DNA of 64,000 bases, taken from NCBI GenBank assembly GCA_964016885.1, contig OZ024742.1, positions 376,402,001 through 376,466,000 on the forward strand, given 5' to 3'. The translations under genes and the position numbers were made by a program. This stretch comes from Eledone cirrhosa. Its lineage: Eukaryota. Below, one piece after another: positions 32,201 through 43,620 of this stretch; position 1 is the stretch's first letter, and each line of letters starts with the position of its first letter. The notes beneath the pieces are model-generated. The model worked only from the letters and a program-made list of their open reading frames with translations, had not been told where the DNA came from and ran no database searches.

Positions 32201-35200
32201 CAGTGAAAATACAATAGTATAGAGTAATGTAAATGTTATGTGAGATAAAGCCTTTACAGTGAAAATACAATAGTATAGAGTAATGTAAATGTTATGTGAG
32301 GTAAAGCCTTTACAGTGAAAATACAATAGTATAGAGTAATGTAAATGTTATGTGAGATAAAGCCTTTACAGTGAAAATACAGTAGTATAGAGTAATGTAT
32401 ATGTTATGTGAGATAAAGCCTTTACAGTGAAAATACAGTAGTATAGAGTAATGTAAATGTTATGTGAGATAAAGCCTTTACAGTGAAAATACAATAGTAT
32501 AGAGTAATGTAAATGTTACGTGAGATAAAGCCTTTACCGTGAAAATAGAATAGTATAGAGTAATGTAAATGTTATGTGAGATAAAGCCTTTACAGTGAAA
32601 ATACAATAGTATAGAGTAATGTAAATGTTATGCGAGATAAAGCCTTTACAGTGAAAATACAGTAGTATAGAGTAATGTAAATGTAATGTGAGATAAAGCC
32701 TTTACAGTGAAAATACAATAGTATAGAGTAATGTAAATGCTATGTTAGATAAAGCCTTTACAGTGAAAATACAATAGTATAGAGTAATGTAAATGTTATG
32801 TTAGATAAAGCCTTTACAGTGAAAATACAATAGTATAGAGTAATGTAAATGTTATGTGAGATAAAGCCTTTACAGTGAAAATACAATAGTATAGAGTAAT
32901 GTAAATGTTATGTGAGGTAAAGCCTTTACAGTGAAAATACAATAGTATAGAGTAATGTAAATGTTATGTGAGATAAAGCCTTTACAGTGAAAATACAGTA
33001 GTATAGAGTAATGTAAATGTTATGTGAGATAAAGCCTTTACAGTGAAAATACAGTAGTATAGAGTAATGTAAATGTTATGTGAGATAAAGCCTTTACAGT
33101 GAAAATACAATAGTATAGAGTAATGTAAATGCTATGTGAGATAAAGCCTTTACAGTGAAAATACAATAGTATAGAGTAATGTAAATGTTATGTGAGATAA
33201 AGCCTTTACAGTGAAAATACAATAGTATAGAGTAATGTAAATGTTATGTGAGATAAAGCCTTTACAGTGAAAATACAATAGTATAGAGTAATGTAAATGT
33301 TATGTGAGATAAAGCCTTTACAGTGAAAATACAATAGTATAGAGTAATGTAAATGTTATGCGAGATAAAGCCTTTACAGTGAAAATACAGTAGTATAGAG
33401 TAATGTAAATGTAATGTGAGATAAAGCCTTTACAGTGAAAATACAATAGTATAGAGTAATGTAAATGTAATGTGAGATAAAGCCTTTACAGTGAAAATAC
33501 AGTAGTATAGAGTAATGTAAATGTTATGTGAGATAAAGCTTTTACAGTGAAAATACAATAGTATAGAGTAATGTAAATGTTATGTGAGATAAAGCCTTTA
33601 CAGTGAAAATACAGTAGTATAGAGTAATGTAAATGTTATGTGAGATAAAGCCTTTACAGTGAAAATACAGTAGTATAGAGTAATGTAAATGTTATGTGAG
33701 ATAAAGCCTTTACAGTGAAAATACAGTAGTATAGAGTAATGTAAATGTTATGTGAGATAAAGCCTTTACAGTGAAAATACAATAGTATAGAATAATGTAA
33801 ATGCTATGTGAGATAAAGCCTTTACAGTGAAAATACAATAGTATAGAGTAATGTAAATGTTATGTGAGATAAAGCCTTTACAGTGAAAATACAATAGTAT
33901 AGAGTAATGTAAATGCTATCTGAGATAAAGCCTTTACAGTGAAAATACAATAGTATAGAGTAATGTAAATGTTATGTGAGATGAAGCCTTTACAGTGAAA
34001 ATACAATAGTATAGAGTAATGTAAATGTTATGTGAGATAAAGCCTTTACAGTGAAAATACAATAGTATAGAGTAATGTAAACGTTATGTCAGATAAAGCC
34101 TTTACAGTGAAAATACAATAGTATAGAGTAATGTAAATGCCATGTGAGATAAAGCCTTTACAGTGAAAATACAATAGTATAGAGTAATGTAAATGTTATG
34201 TGAGATAAAGCCTTTACAGTGAAAATACAATAGTATAGAGTAATGTAAATGTTATGTGAGATAAAGCCTTTACAGTGAAAATACAATAGTATAGAGTAAT
34301 GTAAATGTTATGTGAGATAAAGCCTTTACAGTGAAAATACAATAGTATAGAGTTATGTAAATGCTATGTGAGATAAAGCCTTTACAGTGAAAATACAATA
34401 GTATAGAGTAATGTAAATGTTATGTGAGATAAAACCTTTACAGTGAAAATACAATAGTATAGAGTAATGTAAATGTCATGTGAGATAAAGCCTTTACAGT
34501 GAAAATACAATAGTATAGAGTAATGTAAATGCTATGTGAGATAAAGCCTTTACAGTGAAAATACAATAGTATAGAGTAATGTAAATGCTATCTGAGATAA
34601 AGCCTTTACAGTGAAAATACAATAGTATAGAGTAATGTAAATGTTATGTGAGATGAAGCCTTTACAGTGAAAATACAATAGTATAGAGTAATGTAAATGT
34701 TATGTGAGATAAAGCCTTTACAGTGAAAATACGATAGTATAGAGTAATGTAAACGTTATGTCAGATAAAGCCTTTACAGTGAAAATACAATAGTATAGAG
34801 TAATGTAAATGCTATGTGAGATAAAGCCTTTACAGTGAAAATACAATAGTATAGAGTAATGTAAATGTTATGTGAGATAAAGCCTTTACAGTGAAAATAC
34901 AATAGTATAGAGTAATGTAAATGTTATGTGAGATAAAGCCTTTACAGTGAAAATACAATAGTATAGAGTAATGTAAATGTTATGTGAGATAAAGCCTTGA
35001 CAGTGAAAATACAATAGTATAGAGTAATGTAAATGTTATGTGAGATAAAGCCTTTACAGTGAAAATACAATAGTATAGAATAATGTAAATGCTATGTGAG
35101 ATAAAGCCTTTACAGTGAAAATACAATAGTATAGAGTAATGTAAATGTTATGTGAGATAAAGCCTTTACAGTGAAAATACAATAGTATAGAGTAATGTAA

Positions 35201-38200
35201 ATGTTATGTGAGATAAAGCCTTTACAGTGAAAATACAATAGTCTAGAGTAATGTAAATGTTATGTGAGATAAAGCATTTACAGTGAAAATACAATAGTAT
35301 AGAGTAATGTAAATGTTATGTGAGATAAAGCCTTTACAGTGAAAATACAATAGTATAGAGTAAGGTAAATGTTATGTGAGATAAAGCCTTTACAGTGAAA
35401 ATACAATAGTATAGAGTAATGTAAATGTTATGTGAGATAAAGCCTTTACAGTGAAAATACAATAGTATAGAGTAATGTAAATGCTATGTGAGATAAAGCC
35501 TTTACAGTGAAAATACAATAGTATAGAGTAATGTAAATGTTATGTGAGATAAAACCTTTTCAGTGAAAATACAATAGTATAGAGTAATGTAAATGCTATG
35601 TGAGATAAAGCCTTTACAGTGAAAATAAAATAGTATAGAGTAATGTAAATGTTATGTGAGATAAAGCCTTTACAGTGAAAATACAATAGTATAGAGTAAT
35701 GTAAATGTTATGTGAGATAAAGCCTTTACAGTGAAAATACAATAGTATAGAGTAATGTAAATGTTATGTGAGATAAAGCCTTTACAGTGAAAATACAATA
35801 GTATAGAGTAATGTAAATGTTATGTGTAATATTATGTGAGATAAAGCCTTTTCAGTGAAAATACAATAGTATAGAGTAATGTAAATGTTATGTGAGATAA
35901 AACCTTTACAGTGAAAATACAATAGTATAGAGTAATGTATATGTTGTGTAATATTATGTGAGATAAAGCCTTTACAGTGAAAATACAATAGTATAGATTA
36001 ATGTAAATGTCATGTGAGATAAAGCCTTTACAGTGAAAATACAATAATATAGAGTAATGTAAATGCTATGTGTAATATTATGTGAGATAAAGCCTTTACA
36101 GTGAAAATAGAATAGTATAGAGTAATGTAAATGCTATGTGTAATATTATGTGAGATAAAGCCTTTACAGTGAAAATACAATCGTATAGAATAATGTAAAT
36201 GTTATGTGAGATAAAGCCTTTACAGTGAAAATACAATAGTATAGAGTAATGTAAATGCTATGTGAGATAAAGCCTTTACAGTGAAAATACAATAGTATAG
36301 AGTAATGTAAATGTTATGTGAGATAAAGCCTTTACAGTGAAAATACAATAGTATAGAGTAATGTAAGTGTTATGTGAGATAAAGCCTTTACAGTGAAAAT
36401 ACAATAGTATAGAGTAATGTAAATGTTATGTGAGATAAAGCCTTTACAGTGAAAATACAATAGTATAGGGTAATGTAAATGTTAAGTGAGATAAAGCCTT
36501 CACAGTGAAAATACAATAGTATAGAGTAATGTAAATGTTATGTGAGATAAAGCCTTTACAGTGAAAATACAATAGTATAGAGTAATGTAAATGTTATGTG
36601 AGATAAAGCCTTTACAGTGAAAATACAATAGTATAGAGTAATGTAAATGTTATGTGAGATAAAGCCTTTACAGTGAAAATACAATAGTATAGAGTAATGT
36701 AAATGTTATGTGTAATATTATGTGAGATAAAGCCTTTTCAGTGAAAATACAATAGTATAGAGTAATGTAAATGTTATGTGTAATATTATGTGAGATAAAG
36801 CCTTTATAGTGAAAATACAATAGTATAGAGTAATGTAAATGTTATATGTAATATTATGTGAGATAAAGCCTTTACAGTGAAAATACAATAGTATAGAGTA
36901 ATGTAAATGTTATGTGTAATATTATGTGAGATAAAGCCTTTACAGTGAAAATACAATAGTATAGAGTAATTTAAACGTTATGTCAGATAAAGCCTTTACA
37001 GTGAAAATACAATAGTATAGAGTAATGTAAATGTTATGTGAGATAAAGCCTTTACAGTGAAAATACAATAGTATAGAGTAATGTAAATGTTATGTGAGAT
37101 AAAGCCTTTACAGTGAAAATACAATAGTATAGAGTAATGTAAATGTTATGTGAGATAAAGCCTTTACAGTGAAAATACAATAGTATAGAGTAATGTAAAT
37201 GTTATGTGAGATAAAGCCTTGACAGTGAAAATACAATAGTATAGAGTAATGTAAATGTTATGTGAGATAAAGCCTTTACAGTGAAAATACAATAGTATAG
37301 AATAATGTAAATGCTATGTGAGATAAAGCCTTTACAGTGAAAATACAATAGTATAGAGTAATGTAAATGTTATGTGAGATAAAGCCTTTACAGTGAAAAT
37401 ACAATAGTATAGAGTAATGTAAATGTTATGTGAGATAAAGCCTTTACAGTGAAAATACAATAGTCTAGAGTAATGTAAATGTTATGTGAGATAAAGCATT
37501 TACAGTGAAAATACAAAAGTATAGAGTAATGTAAATGTTATGTGAGATAAAGCCTTTACAGTGAAAATACAATAGTATAGAGTAAGGTAAATGTTATGTG
37601 AGATAAAGCCTTTACAGTGAAAATACAATAGTATAGAGTAATGTAAATGTTATGTGAGATAAAGCCTTTACAGTGAAAATACAATAGTATAGAGTAATGT
37701 AAATGCTATGTGAGATAAAGCCTTTACAGTGAAAATACAATAGTATAGAGTAATGTAAATGTTATGTGAGATAAAACCTTTTCAGTGAAAATACAATAGT
37801 ATAGAGTAATGTAAATGCTATGTGAGATAAAGCCTTTACAGTGAAAATAAAATAGTATAGAGTAATGTAAATGTTACGTGAGATAAAGCCTTTACAGTGA
37901 AAATACAATAGTATAGAGTAATGTAAATGTTATGTGAGATAAAGCCTTTACAGTGAAAATACAATAGTATAGAGTAATGTAAATGTTATGTGAGATAAAG
38001 CCTTTACAGTGAAAATACAATAGTATAGAGTAATGTAAATGTTATGTGTAATATTATGTGAGATAAAGCCTTTTCAGTGAAAATACAATAGTATAGAGTA
38101 ATGTAAATGTTATGTGAGATAAAACCTTTACAGTGAAAATACAATAGTATAGAGTAATGTATATGTTGTGTAATATTATGTGAGATAAAGCCTTTACAGT

Positions 38201-41200
38201 GAAAATACAATAGTATAGATTAATGTAAATGTCATGTGAGATAAAGCCTTTACAGTGAAAATACAATAATATAGAGTAATGTAAATGCTATGTGTAATAT
38301 TATGTGAGATAAAGCCTTTACAGTGAAAATACAATAGTATAGAGTAATGTAAATGCAATGTGTAATATTATGTGAGATAAAGCCTTTACAGTGAAAATAC
38401 AATCGTATAGAATAATGTAAATGTTATGTGAGATAAAGCCTTTACAGTGAAAATACAATAGTATAGAGTAATGTAAATGCTATGTGAGATAAAGCCTTTA
38501 CAGTGAAAATACAATAGTATAGAGTAATGTAAATGTTATGTGAGATAAAGCCTTTACAGTGAAAATACAATAGTATAGAGTAATGTAAGTGTTATGTGAG
38601 ATAAAGCCTTTACAGTGAAAATACAATAGTATAGAGTAATGTAAATGTTATGTGAGATAAAGCCTTTACAGTGAAAATACAATAGTATAGGGTAATGTAA
38701 ATGTTAAGTGAGATAAAGCCTTCACAGTGAAAATACAATAGTATAGAGTATGGTAAATGTTATGTGAGATAAAGCCTTTACAGTGAAAATACAATAGTAT
38801 CGAGTAATGTAAATGTTATGTGAGATAAAGCCTTTACAGTGAAAATACAATAGTATAGAGTAATGTAAATGTTATGTGAGATAAAGCCTTTACAGTGAAA
38901 ATACAATAGTATAGAGTAATGTAAATGTTATGTCAGATAAAGCCTTTACAGTGAAAATACAATAGTATAGAGTAATGTAAATGTTATGTGAGATAAAGCC
39001 TTTACAGTGAAAATACAATAGTATAGAGTAATGTAAATGTTATGTGTAATATTATGTGAGATAAAGCCTTTTCAGTGAAAATACAATAGTATAGAGTAAT
39101 GTAAATGTTATGTGTAATATTATGTGAGATAAAGCCTTTACAGTGAAAATACAATAGTATAGAGTAATGTAAATGTTATATGTAATATTATGTGAGATAA
39201 AGCCTTTACAGTGAAAATACAATAGTATAGAGTAATGTAAATGTTATGTGTAATATTATGTGGGATAAAGCCTTTACAGTGAAAATACAATAGTATAGAG
39301 TAATTTAAACGTTATGTCAGATAAAGCCTTTACAGTGAAAATACAATAGTATAGAGTAATGTAAATGTTATGTGAGATAAAGCCTTTACAGTGAAAATAC
39401 AATAGTATAGAGTAATGTAAATGTTATGTGAGATAAAGCCTTTACAGTGAAAATACAGTAGTATAGAGTAATGTAAATGTTATGTGAGATAAAGCCTTTA
39501 CAGTGAAAATACAGTAGTATAGAGTAATGTAAATGTTATGTGAGATAAAGCCTTTACAGTGAAAATACAATAGTATAGAGTAATGTAAATGCTATGTGAG
39601 ATAAAGCCTTTACAGTGAAAATACAATAGTATAGAGTAATGTAAATGTTATGTGAGATAAAGCCTTTACAGTGAAAATACAATAGTATAGAGTAATGTAA
39701 ATGTTATGTGAGATAAAGCCTTTACAGTGAAAATACAATAGTATAGAGTAATGTAAATGCTACGTGAGATAAAGCCTTTACAGTGAAAGTACAATAGTAT
39801 AGAGTAATGTAAATGTTATGTGAGATAAAGCCTTTGCAGTGAAAATACAATAGTATAGAGTAATGTTAATGTTACGTGAGATAAAGCCTTTACCGTGAAA
39901 ATAGAATAGTATAGAGTAATGTAAATGTTATGTGAGATAAAGCCTTTACAGTGAAAATACAATAGTATAGAGTAATGTAAATGTTATGCGAGATAAAGCC
40001 TTTACAGTGAAAATACAGTAGTATAGAGTAATGTAAATGTAATGTGAGATAAAGCCTTTACAGTGAAAATACAATAGTATAGAGTAATGTCAATGCTATG
40101 TTAGATAAAGCCTTTACAGTGAAAATACAATAGTATAGAGTAATGTAAATGTTATGTGAGATAAAGCCTTTACAGTGAAAATACAATAGTATAGAGTAAT
40201 GTAAATGTTATGTGAGATAAAGCCTTTACAGTGAAAATACAATAGTATAGAGTAATGTAAATGTTATGTGAGGTAAAGCCTTTACAGTGAAAATACAATA
40301 GTATAGAGTAATGTAAATGTTATGTGAGATAAAGCCTTTACAGTGAAAATACAGTAGTATAGAGTAATGTATATGTTATGTGAGATAAAGCCTTTACAGT
40401 GAAAATACAGTAGTATAGAGTAATGTAAATGTTATGTGAGATAAAGCCTTTACAGTGAAAATACAATAGTATAGAGTAATGTAAATGTTACGTGAGATAA
40501 AGCCTTTACCGTGAAAATAGAATAGTATAGAGTAATGTAAATGTTATGTGAGATAAAGCCTTTACAGTGAAAATACAATAGTATAGAGTAATGTAAATGT
40601 TATGCGAGATAAAGCCTTTACAGTGAAAATACAGTAGTATAGAGTAATGTAAATGTAATGTGAGATAAAGCCTTTACAGTGAAAATACAATAGTATAGAG
40701 TAATGTAAATGCTATGTTAGATAAAGCCTTTACAGTGAAAATACAATAGTATAGAGTAATGTAAATGTTATGTGAGATAAAGCCTTTACAGTGAAAATAC
40801 AATAGTATAGAGTAATGTAAATGTTATGTGAGATAAAGCCTTTACAGTGAAAATACAATAGTATAGAGTAATGTAAATGTTATGTGAGGTAAAGCCTTTA
40901 CAGTGAAAATACAATAGTATAGAGTAATGTAAATGTTATGTGAGATAAAGCCTTTACAGTGAAAATACAGTAGTATAGAGTAATGTAAATGTTATGTGAG
41001 ATAAAGCCTTTACAGTGAAAATACAGTAGTATAGAGTAATGTAAATGTTATGTGAGATAAAGCCTTTACAGTGAAAATACAATAGTATAGAGTAATGTAA
41101 ATGTTATGTGAGATAAAGCCTTTACAGTGAAAATACAATAGTATAGAGTAATGTAAATGTTATGCGAGATAAAGCCTTTACAGTGAAAATACAGTAGTAT

Positions 41201-41330
41201 AGAGTAATGTAAATGTAATGTGAGATAAAGCCTTTACAGTGAAAATACAATAGTATAGAGTAATGTAAATGTAATGTGAGATAAAGCCTTTACAGTGAAA
41301 ATACAGTAGTATAGAGTAATGTAAATGTTA
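29280..41330 (+). repeat. Third higher-order domain in satellite A: multi-kb block duplications with a nested 616-bp (11-mer) duplication
   Basis: The same variant block occurs at 30480, 35782 and 38004. The marker TACCGTGAAAATAG is at about 31922/32538 and again at about 39894/40510 (616 bp apart in both). Confidence 0.8.
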
Positions 41331-42150
41331 TGTGAGATAAAGCCTTTACAGTGAAAATACAATAGTATAGAGTAATGTAAATGTTATGTGAGATAAAGCC
41401 ATTACAGTGAAAATACAGTAGTATAGAGTAATGTAAATGTTATGTGAGATAAAGCCTTTACAGTGAAAATACAGTAGTATAGAGTAATGTAAATGTTATG
41501 TGCGATAAAGCCTTTACAGTGAAAATACAATAGTATAGAGTAATGTAAATGTTATGTGAAATAAAGCCTTTACACTGAAAATACAGTAGTATAGAGTAAT
41601 GTAAATGTTATGTGAGATAAAGCCTTTACAGTGAAAATACAGTAGTATAGAGTAATGTAAATGTTATGTGAGATAAAGCCTTTACAGTGAAAATACAGTA
41701 GTATAGAGTAATGTAAATGTTATGTGAGATAAAGCCTTTACAGTGAAAATACAATAGTATAGAGTAATGTAAATGTTATGTGAGATAAAGCCTTTACAGT
41801 GAAAATACAATAGTATAGAGTAATGTAAATGTTATGTGAGATAAAGCCTTTACAGTGAAAATACAATAGTATAGAGTAATGTAAATGTTATGTGAGATAA
41901 AGCCTTTACAGTGAAAATACAATAGTATAGAGTAATGTAAATGTTATGTGAGATAAAGCCTTTACAGTGAAAATACAATAGTATAGAGTAATGTAAATGT
42001 TATGTGAGATAAAGCCTTTACAGTGAAAATACAATAGTATAGAGTAATGTAAATGTTATGTGAGATAAAGCCTTTACAGTGAAAATACAATAGTATAGAG
42101 TAATGTAAATGCTATGTGAGATAAAGCCTTTACAGTGAAAATACAATAGT

Positions 42151-42179
42151 ATAGAGTAATGTAAATGCTAAAGGGTTAA
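42151..42179 (+). mobile_element. Right terminus of a piggyBac-like MITE (…AGAGTAATGTAAATGCTAAAGGG) plus TTAA target site, capping satellite A
   Basis: The last monomer runs into AAGGG (to 42175) then TTAA (42176-42179). The reverse complement TTAA-CCCTTTAGCATTT matches the termini at 43494-43510, 43856-43872 and 44037-44053. CCC...GGG ends with TTAA duplications are characteristic of the piggyBac superfamily. Confidence 0.8.
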
Positions 42180-42946
42180 TGAGACTTTATTTTATCAACT
42201 CCAGAAGGATGAAAGGCAATTCTTGGCAAGATTTGAACTTAGAACCTAAAGAGCTGGAAGAAATAGCACAAAATATGTTATCTAATGCTCTACTGATTCT
42301 GCCAACCCATCTCTAATACTGGTTTCTCATTTAGACACAAGGGCAACAACTTTTGGGGTAGAAGAAAGTTGATTAAATCGACCCCAGTGCATTACTGTAT
42401 TTGATTTCATCGGCCCCATAAGGATGAAAGGCAAAACTAACCTCGGCAGGATTTGAACTCAGAATATAAAGGGACGTAACTATATACTGCAAAGCATGTT
42501 GTCTGACGCTCTACTGATTACTGATAACCCACTCAAGGTGGAAATAATGATTTTTGATTTAGACATAACGGCAACAATTTTCGGTGAGGGGAAAGTCGAT
42601 TAAATTGAGCCCAGTGCATTACTGGTACTTTATTTTATTGACCCTGTAAAGATGAAAGGTGGGATTTGAACTCAGAATATAAAGGACCATAACTCTCTGC
42701 TGCAAAACATATTGTCCGACGCTCTACTGATTACTGCTAATCTACTGTCCTGACCCACCTCAAATAATGATTTCTATTTTAAGTACAAGACCAGTAAATT
42801 GGTATGAGGGGAAAGTTGATTAAATTGACCCTAGTATATTACTGGTACTTTATTTTATCAACTCTGAACAGTTGAAAGACAAATTTGACCTCGACAGGAT
42901 TCAAACTCAGAATGTAAAGAGTCAAAAGAATTACCTCAATACATTT

Positions 42947-43090
42947 GTGAAGGCACATGGCTTAGTGGTTAGTGCATTGGGCTTGCAATCGAAAGGTTGT
43001 GAGTTCAATTCTCGGACCGGGTGATGTGTTGTTTCCTTGAGCAAGACACTTTATTTCACATTGCTCCAGTTTACTCAGCTGTAGAAATGA
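42947..43090 (+). mobile_element. tRNA-derived SINE head with CORE-like central domain, inserted into SINE copy 4 in the opposite orientation
   Basis: A box TGGCTTAGTGG and B box GTTCAATTC, then GTTTCCTTGAGCAAGACACTTT resembling the CORE-SINE consensus. A possible short ATTT duplication lies at 42943-42946 and 43346-43349 (weak). Confidence 0.75.
42958..43011 (+). promoter_or_regulatory. Internal RNA polymerase III promoter (A and B boxes) of the SINE
   Basis: TGGCTTAGTGG at 42958-42968 fits TRGCNNAGYGG. GTTCAATTC at 43003-43011 fits GTTCRANNC. Spacing is tRNA-like. Confidence 0.7.
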
Positions 43091-43118
43091 GATGATAGGA
43101 CTGGGATCCCTATCATTT

Positions 43119-43347
43119 CACTGTAAAGTGGTTGTGGAGGTGCCACGGCAAAAAAAAGCACCCAGCACTCACTGTAAATGAGGTTGGTGTTTGGAAGGGC
43201 ATCCAGCTGTAGAAATCAAGCCAAAATCAGTTCCCGTATGAGCAAGACAAGGTCAGCTGACCGGACACTGCCCATAACAGGACAACCTGTCTAACCCATG
43301 CTAGCGTGGAAGAACGGACGTAAAACGGTGATGATGATGATGATGAT
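43119..43347 (+). mobile_element. RTE LINE 3' UTR with (GAT)n tail, same family as the insertions at 44121, 45716 and 48614
   Basis: Aligns to the reverse complement of 44121-44398 (GGAAGGGCATCCAGCTGTAGAAAT...CTAACCCATGCTAGCGTGGAAGAACGGACGTAAAACGGTGATGATG) but lacks one of the roughly 46-50 bp internal UTR repeats. Confidence 0.9.
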
Positions 43348-43397
43348 TTAGTCCTATGTTCTAACAATTCTGCCAATCCACTGCCTTATATTCAATA

Positions 43398-43497
43398 ACA
43401 ACAATACTATGTAACAATAGGTATATAGTTAAAGTCACCAACATCCCTCAGATTGCTGGGTTTTATAAGAATACTACAGAACAATATATATACTTAA
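43398..43497 (+). repeat. About 1.5 degenerate copies of a short (about 65-bp) form of the satellite B monomer
   Basis: ACAACAATACTATGTAACAATAGGTATATAGTTAAAGTCACCAACATCCCTCAGATTGCTGGGTTTTATAAGAATACTACAGAACAATATATATACTTAA aligns to satellite B but lacks AGCAGTCTCTGTAAC in both passes. Confidence 0.85.
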
Positions 43498-43620
43498 CCC
43501 TTTAGAATTTAAACTGGATGTATCCAGCCAGAATTCTTTCACCTCTTTCTGTTCAAACCTGTTATGGCTGGTTTGAACAGAAAGTAGTGAGAGAATTCTA
43601 TCTGGATACGGCTGGTTTAA
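43494..43620. mobile_element. Fold-back MITE (type A): TTAA-CCCTTTAG terminus followed by a 51-bp-arm palindrome; right end cut at an internal TTAA
   Basis: Arms 43509-43559 and 43570-43620 are reverse complements at 42 of 51 positions, with loop TGTTATGGCT. A second, complete right arm ending AAATGCTAAAGAG-TTAA lies at 43797-43872. Confidence 0.75.

Larger units (their letters stand above)
1..42170 (+). repeat. Satellite A: head-to-tail 56-bp tandem array (roughly 740 monomers in the window, open at the left edge) with interspersed 68-bp variants
   Basis: AGTGAAAATAC recurs at 1, 57, 113 ... 281. The consensus is 15/56 GC with no CpG. Most monomers differ from consensus by 0-2 substitutions. 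The long variant carries an extra TAATATTATGTG (e.g. near 322-333). The array stops abruptly at ...GTAAATGCTA (42170). Confidence 0.99.
42186..43388 (-). mobile_element. Four degenerate head-to-tail copies (about 215-235 bp each) of a tRNA-derived SINE; copy 4 is interrupted at about 42947-43347
   Basis: Recurring TTTATTTTATCGACCCC..AAGGATGAAAGGCAAA..GATTTGAACTCAGAA-like motif. The reverse-strand B box (GAGTTCAAATC-like) is at 42230, 42450, 42663 and 42898. Copy 4 resumes at 43348 with ...TTCTGCCAATCCACTGCCTTA. From memory this resembles abundant octopus SINEs with a Meta-like central domain. Confidence 0.75.

Noticed and set aside
729-38266. Repeated minus-strand ORFs such as MYFHCKGFISHNIYITLYYCIFTVKALSH (Cys/His-containing)
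   Set aside because: They are translations of the 56-bp satellite, pushed past the length cutoff by chance indels or lost stops. They use non-ATG starts and have no gene context.
42952-43020. Possible tRNA gene
   Set aside because: A and B boxes are present, but I cannot form a convincing acceptor stem or cloverleaf, and the sequence continues into a SINE body.
43116-43128. 13-bp match TTTCACTGTAAAG to the reverse complement of satellite A, and TTTACAGTG in the RTE 3' UTR repeats (44293, 44339)
   Set aside because: The match is short, AT-rich and does not extend. The MITE arm explains the whole monomer far better, so I treat it as probable coincidence.
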